A stretch of DNA of 64,000 nt from Mobula hypostoma (GCF_963921235.1 NC_086097.1:100070001-100134000), one strand, 5' to 3'. Positions 1 through 11,901 are shown, counted from the first letter of the stretch. Notes: generated by a model from the sequence alone, not told the origin. Made by a program: numbers and translations.

Positions 1-1357
1 AGTGAGTGGATCCAGGTGAGGACAAGGACTGGCAAGCAGTGAGTGAGTGGATTCAGGTGAGGGGGGCTAAATGGCAGGTGGATAAGAGAAGAAGAACAGA
101 AGCTGGGAGGTGCCACGTAGAGCTAACAAAAAGCTTCAGATTCAACAACTTCTCAGAGAAGTAGCACCTATATGCTTGGTGTTTGCAGTACTGCAATATC
201 GAGGAGTGAGATGAGGACCAGGGATCTACAGGGGCATGGAGAAACCAAAGCTCCAGTTATTGTTCAGGATAGAGTATTATCTTCCCTAAATTGACTTGGG
301 CTTACAAATTCAATGGCACAATGCTAAGGAAAATGCTGTTCTAAAGTTCAAAAACCAGGTTAGCACAGAGTGAGGAATTCTTGCAAAAATTTCTAGGTGT
401 ATTGATGAGAATAATTAACACAATGAGCTTGTTTTTTAGACAAGAATTTTATTTGCTAATATTGTTTTCCCTGTGAATAAACCACATATTTTAACCAGAC
501 TCAATTGAAAACTGACCCTTCACTCACAGAAGTAGCTGTTATCAATGCTAAAGTTTCAGAAACAAATGTTACTTCAAAGGCCAGTCACAGTCATCGTGGA
601 ATGGTAGCTGCCCACCATCCTACATGCTCATGGCTAACTCAGCACAGGTGACTGTATTCTATCCTCTACCTTTGTGGAAGCTGTACGTGCCATGGTGCTG
701 TGAGCCGTCAGTGCTCTTCACGTGACTCCAGTAGCTCCTACAGGACAGGTAAATAGAGTTTGGGATTCCGTTCCAGGGATTACAATAAAAAAAAAACACC
801 TGTTAAGTGATATTGCAGTTATTACGTATTTGCCAGCAATATTATATCTCATCAAACAAGTCTCTTGGGCATGGGAGTAATCTCTGCATGCAAAGGCAGT
901 GAGTAAGTTAAGTAACAATGAATGGGGCTGTTCAGGTGCAATATAATTAGACCTGATCCTGCTCAAAGTCAGTTTCTCCTGGTAGCATGGGTCATCTGTT
1001 TGAACACCCACCAGATGTACGATCGTCTCCTGCAAGCGGACGTCCAGGTGCCCCGTCCATTCCAGCAGACAGGGGACCTGTTTCCAGCAGATACCCCTCT
1101 AGAAATCGTCATTGTCCCCTGTGGAAGGCATTGCTTGCATGAGCACTATACATCCCGCAGGTGAGTTAATTCATCAGTCTCTCCAGGACTATCAACAAAG
1201 CAATGAACATGCTTCCTGCCATTCCTAATCAATAGTGAGCCACTGGAAAGGAATCATCACTCAGTAGTATCAGGAAGAGCGCTGGTGTACCCTTAAAGAT
1301 TGGTTAATGAGTTTACTGCTGCTTTGCAAAGTCTGTCAGCTTGAGTATTTCAGAGGA

Positions 1358-2040
1358 GATGCAGATTATGGATGCTGGAATTTGGAACAACACACATAGA
1401 AAAGTCACTGGAATATAGAGGGTCAGGCAGCAACTTCTAAAGGGACCCTATCACTAAACCTATCTTTACCTACCCCCACTACCTCCTCTACATTAGTGAG
1501 ACCCTCCGCATCATCCACCACAAGCGGCACTTCCCAGTGGCCAAACATTTTAATTCCGATTCCCATTCACATTCTGACATGTCAATGCACGTCCTCTTCT
1601 TTTGCCAAGATGTGGTCACCCTTGGGGTGGAGAAGCAACGCCTTGTATTCCGTCTGGGTTCCCTCCAACTTGATGGTATGAATGCTGATTTCTCCTCCTG
1701 GTGAACAAAGTCTCTGTCCCTCCACCCCCACTCTGTTCCCCACTCTGACCTTTCACTTCTTCTCATCTGCCTGTTACTTCCCCCTGGGTCCACTCTCCCA
1801 TCAGATTCTTTCTTCTCCAGCCCTAGACCTGTCCACCCATGTGGCTTCACCTGTCACCTTCCAACTAGTCTCTTTCTTCCACCCCACACCTTTTAAGTCA
1901 GGCATCTTCTCCACCCCACCCTCCTTCCATCTCAGTCCTGAAGAAGGGTTTTGGCCTGTTTACTCTTTTCCCTGGATGCTGCCTGATTTGCTAAATTTCC
2001 CCAGAATTTTGAGTATGTTGCTTCGATCATCTACTATTTC
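1358..2040 (+). mobile_element. Degraded Penelope-like element (GIY-YIG C-terminal remnant plus 3' UTR) with a short inverted 3'-end copy at its left edge
   Basis: 1520-1690 resembles the GIY-YIG end of the young copy at 3760-3930 (CCCAGTGGCC..CATTTTAATTCC, CCTCCAAC.TGATGG.ATGAA); 1358-1435 is the reverse-strand terminus (GATGCTGGAATTTGGAACAACACAC). Confidence 0.7.
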
Positions 2041-3301
2041 CTTGTTTCCTGCTATTAATCCCCAGCCTACCTTTGAAGGAGCCCATACATACCTTGAGTC
2101 CCTCTTCCGTTTCATTCATCCATTGAAGTCCTTGCCTTTTGTTTTGATATTAATACTTCATGCTAGTTTTCTCTTTTAATCGATTTCTTCCCCCTCAGTG
2201 TTTAATCTCTCACCGCTGGCTCTTGCAAAATTCCCAGTCAAGTGATCTATCACTACCCCTAATGTTCTAGTCTTTGATTTAATACTTTCCACAACATCCT
2301 TTCTAACCACAGATACTTTATCTTTCTTCTGGAATCCCTCTTTCTAATTGGGATACATTTCTGCTGGGTGTTATGAGCCAGCTGTTTAAATATATGCCAC
2401 TGCTTATCTACCGAGTTATCCCTGAGCCTGTTTACCCCATCCATTTCAGACAACTCCACCATTCTAATCATCCTTATTTCAGCCAAGAACATATGGACCC
2501 CGGGTGTTTGACCACAATAGTTATCTGGAATTCTACTATGTCGTAGAATTACGCATAACTGCATATTTCTGAGGTAAGAAGTTCTTTAGCATACTACTCA
2601 ATGAAACAATCCTGATGCACTCCAGTAATGCCTCCTCCATGGCAGCCCTGCCAATTTGATTAGGCTGTTGCCCATTGTTTATTGTCATGGGCATACATGC
2701 CATGAAAATCAGCTTCTTGTACCAGCATCATATTACAAACATGACAATCATATGGAAAATTACATAGTGTTAAATGAACATAAATTATATTTGTGTTTAT
2801 TCTGTCATGTAAATTGTATATAATGACATTTACTGATGGGACATATGTCATTAAAATCACAGATAATAATTGCATTTCTCTTCTCTAGCCTTGATATTAC
2901 TCACCTGTGTTCTCCTCTGTTGAGAGGGCCACACAATGGGGACCGCAGCACTTCTCCCAGTACCGGCTTTTCCCCTTGTTATTCATAATTTTCAACCAAA
3001 CCAATTTGACATCACTATCTACAGCATCTGTGTCAATAAGCACCTTCCTTGATTAACAATTCTACCCATCTCCATTCCTGTTTTTGGGAATCATGAATAA
3101 CCAGGAATATTGAATTCCCATTCCAGATTATCCTGAAGTCATATGCAATATTTATGATAACTATTAGATCATACTTGGATGTTACTGTTCGTATCATCAA
3201 GTCAAACAACAGGAATTCTGCAGATGCTGGAAATTCAAGCAACACACATCAAAGTTGCTGGTGAACGCAGCAGGCCAAGCAGCATCTATAGGAAGAGGCG
3301 C

Positions 3302-3337
3302 AGTCGACGTTTCAGGCCGAGACCCTTCGTCAGGACT
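3302..3337 (-). ncRNA. Minimal type I hammerhead ribozyme motif in the Penelope terminal repeat
   Basis: Minus strand reads AGTC-CTGACGA-AGG-GTCTCGG-CCT-GAAA-CGTC-GACT: stem I AGTC/GACT, CUGANGA core, stem II AGG/CCT, GAAA, GUC site. Confidence 0.75.
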
Positions 3338-3498
3338 AACTGAAGGAAGAGTGAGTAAGGGATTTGAAAGCTGGAGGGGGAGGGGGAGATGCAAAATGAT
3401 AGGAGAAGACAGGAGGGGGAGGGATAGAGCCGAGAGCTGGACAGGTGATAGGCAAAAGGGGATACGAGAGGATCATGGGACAGGAGGTCCGGGAAGAA

Positions 3499-3935
3499 TC
3501 CCCACTGATCTCCCTCCTGGCACTTATCCGTGTAAGCGGAACAAGTGCTACACATGCCCTTACACTTCCTCCCTTACCACCATTCAGGGCCCCAAACAGT
3601 CCTTCCAGGTGAGGCATCACTTCACCTGTGAGTCGACTGGGGTGATATACTGCGTCCGGTGCTCCCGAGGTGGCCTTTTATATATTGGTGAGACCCGACG
3701 CAGACTGGGAGACCGCTTTGCTGAACATCTACGCTCTGTCCGCCAGAGAAAGCAGGATCTCCCAGTGGCCACACATTTTAATTCCACATCCCATTCCCAT
3801 TCTGACATGTCTATCCACGGCCTCCTCTACTGTAAAGATGAAGCCACACTCAGGTTGGAGGAACAACACCTTATATTCCGTATGGGTAGCCTCCAACCTG
3901 ATGGCATGAACATTGACTTCTCTAACTTCCGCTAG
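3499..3935 (+). pseudogene. Penelope GIY-YIG endonuclease domain fragment (no RT)
   Basis: ORF 3255..3935 contains a CKRNKCYTC linker, GVIYCVRC..LLYIGET..RFAEH..HFN..H and a GMN terminus; the second Cys of the expected CxxC reads Gly (CSRG). Confidence 0.88.
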
Positions 3936-4227
3936 GCCCCACCTCCCCCTCGTACCCCATCTGTTACTCTTTTTTATGCACACATTCTTTCTCTCACTCT
4001 CCTTTTTCTCCCTCTGTCCCTCTGAATATACCTCTTGCCCATCCTCTGGGTCACCCCCCCCCATCTTTCTTCCCGGACCTCCTGTCCCATGATCCTCTCG
4101 TATCCCCTTTTGCCTATCACCTGTCCAGCTCTCGGCTCTATCCCTCCCCCTCCTGTCTTCTCCTATCATTTTGCATCTCCCCCTCCCCCTCCAGCTTTCA
4201 AATCCCTTACTCACTCTTCCTTCAGTT

Positions 4228-4263
4228 AGTCCTGACGAAGGGTCTCGGCCTGAAACGTCGACT
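4228..4263 (+). ncRNA. Minimal type I hammerhead ribozyme motif in the Penelope terminal repeat
   Basis: AGTC(4228-4231) CTGACGA(4232-4238) AGG/CCT stem II, GAAA(4252-4255) CGTC GACT(4260-4263); predicted cleavage after C4259. Confidence 0.78.
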
Positions 4264-4381
4264 GCGCCTCTTCCTATAGATGCTGCTTGGCCTGCTGCAT
4301 TCACCAGCAACTTTGATGTGTATCATCAAGTCATCTCTTTTGTTATAAATGTGTTTTATAGGTTACTTAGACCTATAGGTT

Positions 4382-5794
4382 TTATAGACCGGTTAGCCTA
4401 ACGTCGGTGGTGGGGAAACTGCTGGAGTCAGTTATCAAAGATGTGATAACAGCACATTTGGAAAGCGGTGAAATGATCGGACAAAGTCAGCATGGATTTG
4501 TGAAAGGAAAATCATGTCTGACGAATCTCATAGAATTTTTTGAGGATGTAACCAGTAGAGTGGATAGGGGAGAACCAGTGGATGTGGTATATTTGGATTT
4601 TCAAAAGGCTTTTGACAAGGTCCCACACAGGAGATTAGTGTGCAAACTTAAAGCACACGGTATTGGGGGTAAGGTATTGGTGTGGGTGGAGAATTGGTTA
4701 GCAGACAGGAAGCAAAGAGTGGGAATAAACGGGACCTTTTCAGAATGGCAGGCGGTGACTAGTGGGGTACCGCAAGGCTCAGTGCTGGGACCCCAGTTGT
4801 TTACAATATATATTAGTGACTTGCATGAGGGAATTAAATGCAGTATCTCCAAGTTTGCGGATGACACGAAGCTGGGTGACAGTGTTAGCAGTGAGGAGGA
4901 TGCTAAGAGGATGCAGGGTGACTTGGATAGGTTGGGTGAGTGGGCAAATTCATGGCAGATGCAATTTAATGTGGATAAATGTGAAGTTATCCACTTTGGT
5001 GGCAAAAATAGGAAAACAGATTATTATCTGAATGGTGGCCGATTAGGAAAAGGGGAGGTGCAACGAGACCTGGGTGTCATTATACACCAGTCATTGAAAG
5101 TGGGCATGCAGGTACAGCAGGCGGTGAAAAAGGCGAATGGTATGCTGGCATTTATAGCGAGAGGATTCGAGTACAGGAGCAGGGAGGTACTACTGCAGTT
5201 GTACAAGGCCTTGGTGAGACCACACCTGGAGTATTGTGTGCAGTTTTGGTCCCCTAATCTGAGGAAAGACATCTTTGCCATAGAGGGAGTACAAAGAAGG
5301 TTCACCAGATTGATTCCTGGGATGACAGGACTTTCATATGAAGAATGACTGGATGAACTGGGCTTGTACTCGTTGGAATTTAGAAGATTGAGGGGGGATC
5401 TGATTGAAACGTATAAGATCCTAAAGGGATTGGACAGGCTAGATGCAGGAAGATTGTTCCCGATGTTGGGGAAGTCCAGAACGAGGGGCCACAGTTTGAG
5501 GATAGAGGGGAAGCCTTTTAGGACCAAGATTAGGAAAAACTTCTTCACACAGAGAGTGGTGAATCTGTGGAATTCTCTGCCACAGGAAACTGTTGAGGCC
5601 AGTTCATTGGCTATATTTAAGAGGGAGTTAGATATGGCCCTTGTGGCTACGGGGGTCAGGGGGTATGGAGGGAAGGCTGGGGCAGGGTTCTGAGTTGGAT
5701 GATCAGCCATGATCATAATAAATGGCGGTGCAGGCTCGAAGGGCTGAATGGCCTACTCCTGCACCTATTTTCTATGTTTCTATGTTTCTATGTT
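4382..5794 (+). mobile_element. 5'-truncated young CR1 LINE (RT domain to 3' tail)
   Basis: ORF 4407..5348 has YLDFQKAFDKVPH, GVPQGSVLGP and FADDTKL; one TGA at 5346, then the frame continues in 5364..5693; (GTTTCTAT)n tail; nearly identical to 39276-40676. Confidence 0.95.
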
Positions 5795-6983
5795 ACTAGG
5801 AAATTTGACGAGGGTAAGGTGATGGATGTTGTCTATATGGACTCCAGTAAGGCCTTTGACAAGGTTCCACACGGAGGTTAGTTCAGAAGGTTCAATCGTT
5901 AGGCATTAATATAGAAGTAGTAAAATGGATTCAGCAGTGGCTGGATGGGAGACGCCAGAGAGTAGTGGAGGATAACTGTGTGTCAGATTGGAGGACGGTG
6001 TATAGTAGTGTGCCTCAGGGATCTGTACTGGGTGCAATGGTATCTGTCATATATATTAATGTTCTGGATGATGGGGTGGTAAATTAGATTAGTAAGTATG
6101 CAGATGATACTAAGATAGGTGGAGTTGTGGATAATGAAATAGGTTTTCAAAGCTTGCAGAGAGATTTCGACCACTTAGAAGAGTGGGCTGAAAGATGGCA
6201 GATGGAGTTTAACGTTGATAAATGTGAGGTGCTACATTTTGGTAGGACTAATCAAAATAGGACATACATGGTAAATGGTAGGGCATTGAAGAATGCAGTA
6301 GAACAGAGGGATCTAGGAATAATGGTGCATAGTTCCCTGAAGGTGGAATCTCATGTGGATCGGGTGGTGAAGAAAGCTTTTGGTATGCTGGCCTTTATAA
6401 ATCAGAGCATTGAGTATAGGAGTTGGGATGTAATGTTGAAATTGTATAAGGCATTGGTGAGGCCAAATTTGGAGTATTGTGTACAGTTCTGGTCACCAAA
6501 TTATAGGAAAGATGTCAATAAAATTGAGAGAGTACAGAGAAGATTTACTAGAATGTTACCTGGGTTTCACCTCCTAAGTTACAGAGAAAGGTTGAACAAG
6601 TTAGGTCTTTATTCTTTGGAGTTGACGTGGAGTTGATAGAGTTGATAGAGTTGACGTGGATAGGCTTCTTTCATTGAGAGTGGGGGAGATTCAAACAAGA
6701 GGACATGAGTTGAGAGCTAAAGGGCAAAAGTTTAGGGGTAACATGAGGGGGAACTTCTTTACTCAGAGAGTGGTAGTTCTGTGGAACGAGCTTCCAGAAG
6801 AAGTGGCTGAGGCAGGTTTGATGTTGTCATTTAAAGTTAAATTGGATAGATATACAGACAGGCAAGGAATGGAGGGTTATGGGCTGAGTGCAGGTCGGTG
6901 GGACTAGGTGAGAGTAAGAGTTCAGCATGGACTAGAAAGGCCGAGATGGCCTGTTTCCGTGCTGTAATTGTTATATGGTTATA
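5792..6983 (+). mobile_element. 5'-truncated CR1 LINE of a second subfamily, disrupted RT
   Basis: DVVYMDSSKAFDKVPH, YADDTK, WQMEFNVDKCEVLHFG, RPNLEYCVQFWSP; several stops; TTATATGG-type tail. Confidence 0.9.
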
Positions 6984-7149
6984 GGCTCCAGGCATTCAGA
7001 TAACTTTGATGTTTTAAAGCGCATGTATTTACTGCAGAACACATGCGCTTATATTTTCTGTCCCTTCACATTCTGCCTTAATTTTCATTTTCTCCTCACT
7101 ACTATGTGCTACCACTCCCTCATTTCTTTTGATTTATTGAACTTCTCAT

Positions 7150-7489
7150 TGTCTGGAAATATAGAGGCTGCTTGACACAAATGCACAGCAGTGGATGCAC
7201 TTCAGCGGGTACAGTTCAGTAGTGAGTGATCACTTGAATAATAAACTGCAAAATAACAAGCCACAAGAGGCCACAAAACTACTGATATTGAATACTTGAC
7301 ACAACAAGGCAACAAGGTAACTGAGGCTAACAGCAACTTGCTGGAGGCTGGCTGGTTTGACGGATGAACAAGGACTGTGGATGAGAGCTGGGTTTAAATA
7401 GGCTGCAGGTGATGAGTTGGAAATGGGTGGCAGGTGACTCCAGTTAGCTGGGTGGAGACTGGGAGGTTCTTGCCTCTGCAGGCCTGACA
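7150..7489 (-). repeat. 3' LTR of the gypsy element
   Basis: TG...CA ends; shares blocks such as GCTGGGTTTAAATAGGCTGCAGGTGATGAG with 9818-10116. Confidence 0.88.
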
Positions 7490-7821
7490 GTTTCACTGCT
7501 CCCCTATGTCCATCACCTGATGGCCCAGGATGATCTGGATGTGTCTGTTGGAAGTTCTTGATGAGCAATGGATCCAAGATGAAACTGGATGTCACCCAAG
7601 ACCTCTCCTCTGAGCCACAGCCTTCCTAGTGGACCAGGTACTACACATCTCATCCAAGATGACATGAATCTATCAACTGGTGAACCATGTACACTGGACC
7701 ACCATCCTAGGCTCCAGAAGTGCAAACTCAGGTGGGTTGAGTGACCCCTGGACAACAGTATTGAGGCAGGACAAGTGACAGGTAGGTGTGATGCTGAGGG
7801 ACAGTGGCAGATGGAGAGGGT

Positions 7822-8102
7822 AAGTTTTTATTTATATTGAGATACAGCATGGAATAGACCCTCCAGGCTCTCCGGGCCGCACTGCCTAGCAATCCATGAT
7901 TTATTCCTAGCCTAATCGCAGGACAATTTACAACAAACAATGTCCTATCAACCGGTACATCTTTCGATCTGGGGGGAAACCTTGGGAAAACCCACACATT
8001 CCACAAGAAGGGCATACAGACTCCTTGCAGATAACATTGGAACTGAACTCTGAACCCCAACACCCTGAGCTGTAATAGTATCGAGCTAGTTGCTATGCTG
8101 CT
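7822..8102 (-). mobile_element. V-domain tRNA-derived SINE nested in the gypsy integrase
   Basis: Reverse-strand V-domain-like block (GTGTGGGTTTTCCC..GGTTTCCCCCC..AAAGATGTACCGG) and CR1-like tail; interrupts the integrase frame; related copies at 35775 and 52545. Confidence 0.7.
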
Positions 8103-9817
8103 GTAGCACCCAGTGACTGGATTGATGCTTTGGGTGACCTCGAAGGGACCGATGAACAAGGGCAAGAGCTTGTGGGAGTCAATGCGCAGGGGCATATCTT
8201 GGGTGGATAGCCAGATATGCTCCCTAGGCCTGAGTAGCCGGGGTGGGCACTGCTGGTGGTTGGCCTTGTGGCAGTAGGCAAGGTTGGCATCTGGGAAGGC
8301 CCTCCACCTTCAGTAGCAGTGAACCATTGTCTGGCGGATGGGACTTCCACCATTGGCTGCTCCGTGGGGAACAATCAGGTTGGTAGCCATGAAGCACTTC
8401 AAAGGGTGACATAAACATGACTGAGGAGGTGTGTAGATTGTGGGACAGTTCAATCCAGAGCAGATACTCCTTCCATGTGGAAGGGTTAGAGGCGGCAAAG
8501 CAGAAATGTCTCCACTTGCTGATGGGCTCTTTCTGACTGCCCATTGGTCTGCGGATGATAGCCAGAGGACAAACTCACTGAGGTGATGAGGAGGGGGGCA
8601 GAAGGCTCACAGGAAGTGGGAGATAAATCATTGGCCTCAGTCGGACAGGTCCTGAGGGAAAGCATGGAGGTGAAGTACATTTAGGAGAACCAGGTCCGCT
8701 GTCTCAGCAGCTCTTGGAAGTGTGGGGAAAGCAATGAAGTGGACCACCTTGGAGTGGCAAATTGGTCCATCACTGCGTCCCCATCAGAAGGTGGCAAAAC
8801 CATGGTGATGTGGGACCAAGAGCATCAATGGACCATTAGGAATTGGATGAACTTGCAATGCTTTTCAATGCTGCTGTGCACTGATCATCCCAATCCCCAC
8901 GAGACGGCTGTCAATGGCGGTGAGAAGCTTGGTAGGGAGTCTATGCTGCACAGAGTCTGGTCCAGAAAGTTGCTTGCTGCGCTGGAATCCACTAGAGCTT
9001 CCTGTGCACAAGTTGTGTCACTGCCGATGTTCGCACTGTTGGGAGACTAAGGGAACTCTCCCTAACTGCATGGATTCTGGAAATGTTGCTGAAGAGGGTC
9101 CTGCAGGCTGAAATGTTCTGGGAATGAAACTGGGGTCCTGGCTGGTGATCTGGAGGGTCGTTCCATAAGACGCTTGTCACCACAGAGGGTCAGAGTGATG
9201 AGGCTTTTGAAGTCAGTGGGCATCTCCTGGGTAGACAGCTCATCTTTCAGGTGCTTCGAGAGGCCATGATGGTAATGGGCCAACAGCACTTCGGCATTTG
9301 AGCCACACTCTGCTGCGAGGGTCCTGAATTCCATGGTGTAATGCAGCACTGAGCATGAGCCCTGAAGCTCCTGAAGTATCTAATCCACCGCCTCCTTTCC
9401 ACTGGTTGAAAACCTGGCGCATCTCAATGGTGAATCCCTCATATTCATTGCAGGTGGTAGTTATGTTGTCCCAGTTAGCAGTGGCTCAGGTCAGAGCTCA
9501 GCCAGTCAAGAGAGAGATGCCAAAGGCAATCTTGGTGCAGTCCATAGAGTACAGAGATGGTTACAGCTCAAAGTGCAAGATTGACTGGGAGAGGAAGTTG
9601 TGGCATTGGGTTGATGATCCGTCAAAGTGTTGAGGCATCTGAATCTGTGGTTCTGAGGGGTGAGGTTGAGTGGTATGGTAATGAGAGGAAGAGTTGGTGA
9701 GAGTGGTGAGCAGATTATTACTATTTTCCTGCTGCTTCTGGATCATGCATGCGCGTCAGCAGAGGACTTCCTTTAGGTGAGCAAACTCTGCTGGGGCAAA
9801 CGCTGGTTCATCCATCC

Positions 9818-10116
9818 TGTCAAGAAATGGAGAGGTGGCTTGACCCAAATGCAGAGCTACAGGGAGTGATCATTTCAATAATAAACTGAAAAATAACAAG
9901 CCATGAGAGGCCGCGAAACAAGGGAGAATGGGTACTTAATGCAACAAGGTAACTGAAGGTTAGGAGCAACTGGTTGAGGCTTCAGGTTTGATGGGCAAAC
10001 AATAACTGTGGATGGGAGCTGGGTTTAAATAGGCTGCAGGTGATGAGCTGGAAATGAGTAACTCCTCCAGTTAGCTCATTGGAGACTGGAAGGTGCCTGC
10101 CTACGCAGACCTGACA
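9818..10116 (-). repeat. 5' LTR of the gypsy element
   Basis: TG...CA ends; homologous to 7150-7489; gag starts just inside it. Confidence 0.88.
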
Positions 10117-10534
10117 CTCATCATTAGAAACTTCTGTTCGCTATTTAGTTTAAAACCCTTTCTATAAACTTCTTTATGCAATTCATCAGAACACTAATCC
10201 CAGCATGATTCAGATAAAGGTTAGGATGTAGTCATCAAATTACTGTAAGCATATAACATTTAGAATGGTGCACATTTGGTGGCCAAGCTCCAAACCATTA
10301 ATGTTTCCTTTACTAAAAAGCTGGGGGGGAAAATCAGCCTTAAACTAAGTATGTGGAAGGGCAGTCTTTTCCTGCCACACTGTATCCAATCAATATCCAT
10401 AATGAAATCTTTGTCAGGGTGATCATACCCAAAATTTCAGGAGCCAGGGCTTGGTCAGGGCAGACTCTGAAAATAACAATTGACTGCAATGTACCAGCAT
10501 AGCCTTGATCTGCCAATAAAGATCTTATCTGAAG

Positions 10535-11165
10535 GTGTCAACAAAGGCAGACAAGGTAGTGAAGATGGTGTTTTGGCATACCTTCATCAGTCAGAACATT
10601 GACTTCAAGAGTTGGAGCATCATGTTACAACTGTACAATACATTGCTGAGCCCACACCTGGAGTGTTGCATACAATTCTGGTCGCTAGCTATAGGAAAGA
10701 TGTCATTAAGCAGCAAAAATGTAGAAAAGGTTCGCAGGTACTGGACTGCTTGAGTTATGAGAAGAGTAGGCTGGGACTTATTCTCCTGGAACGAAGGAGT
10801 GGAGGGATGATCTTATTGTGGTTTATATAGTCATAAATGGTTGCAGTTTCTTAGAATAGGGGCATCTAAATCTAGAAGGTGTGCTGTAGGTTTAAGGTGC
10901 GGCAAAATTTTTAAAGAAACCTGAGGGGTAAGTTTCTCCCATGGGGGGGGCGGCGGTGGTGCGGTGGGGTATGTGGTATGAGCTGTCAAAGGAAAGGGTA
11001 GAGGTGAGTACAGTTACATTTAAAAGCCATTTGAAAATAAATATGAATAGGAATGGTTTGGGGAAAATAGGTCAAACTCAAGCAAATGAGACTAATTCCA
11101 TAGGCAACTTGGTTGGCATTACAAATTGGGTTGTGGGACCTGTTTCTGTGCTGTATAACTTTGTA
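10535..11165 (+). mobile_element. Old degraded CR1 3' fragment
   Basis: LYNTLLSPHLECCIQFWS motif and GGACCTGTTTCTGTGCTGTA 3' end. Confidence 0.7.
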
Positions 11166-11901
11166 ATCAGGCAGGTCATGATCTCCCTAACCGCAGTGTT
11201 ACTTAATAGGATGCCTGTACAGCAGATATGACACAGGAGGTTCCTCAGAGCTACCACCTGCAAAATGGCTCCGGGACACCAGGGCATCAGACTGACGAAC
11301 TCACACTGACTTGAGTGTACATTGACTGTTCTATTTATTATAAATTAATATGATTGCACATTGAGATGGAGACATTACAAAGGTTTTTACTCCTCATGAA
11401 TGTGAAGGATGTAAGAAATAAAGTCAATTCAGTTCTTCCAAATCCACTGGCAGGACAGACAGGATAACCCCAGTGTCCTCTCCTGTGCCAAAAGATCACC
11501 AGCACATTAAATCGGTTTCAATGAGCAGACCCGATCATTCTCACTCCTGGCACCAGGCTCATGAAACAGTCACGCCAGTCTATCACACAACCAGCCTCTT
11601 CTTTTTGGAAGCAAACACCAGGAGATCTGCAGATGCTGGAATTTCAAGCAACACACATCAAAGTGTCTGTACTTCTCACTGCCTTCGTGAAGCAGCCAAC
11701 ACAGTGAAGCACCCCTCCCACACTGGGACTGCTCAGTCTCTCTTGTGCTGGGCAGCAGAGACAACTTGAGAACACGTATCACCAGGCTCAAGGACACTTA
11801 TAACCCTTGTAGAGTAAAGACGAAATCTTCACCTTCAATATACCACGCAAAGACCTTTGCATTTTATTTGTCCACCTGCACTGCACTTTCTCTGTAAATG
11901 T

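Larger units (their letters stand above)
3205..4319. mobile_element. Young Penelope-like (Neptune-type) insertion with 254-bp inverted arms and a 14-bp target-site duplication
   Basis: Arms 3245-3498 and 4067-4320 are reverse complements (one mismatch seen); GTATCATCAAGTCA occurs at 3191-3204 and 4320-4333; a GIY-YIG endonuclease fragment lies between the arms. Confidence 0.92.
7150..10116 (-). mobile_element. Internally deleted sushi-like Ty3/gypsy chromovirus (gag, protease start, integrase, chromodomain; RT/RNase H not detected)
   Basis: LTRs 7150-7489 and 9818-10116, both TGTC...GACA; TSD CTCAT at 7145-7149 and 10117-10121; gag PQHFDGSS..NFLSQ..EFRTLAAE..KDEL..SMQLG; protease ALVDSSAASNFLD (~8960-9000); integrase [28 protein letters not shown]; chromodomain end FILDPLLI; purine tract next to the 3' LTR. 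Confidence 0.92.

Noticed and set aside
9062..9746. Domesticated PEG10/RTL-like gag gene
   Set aside because: Broken by stops and frameshifts and still flanked by LTRs and a TSD.
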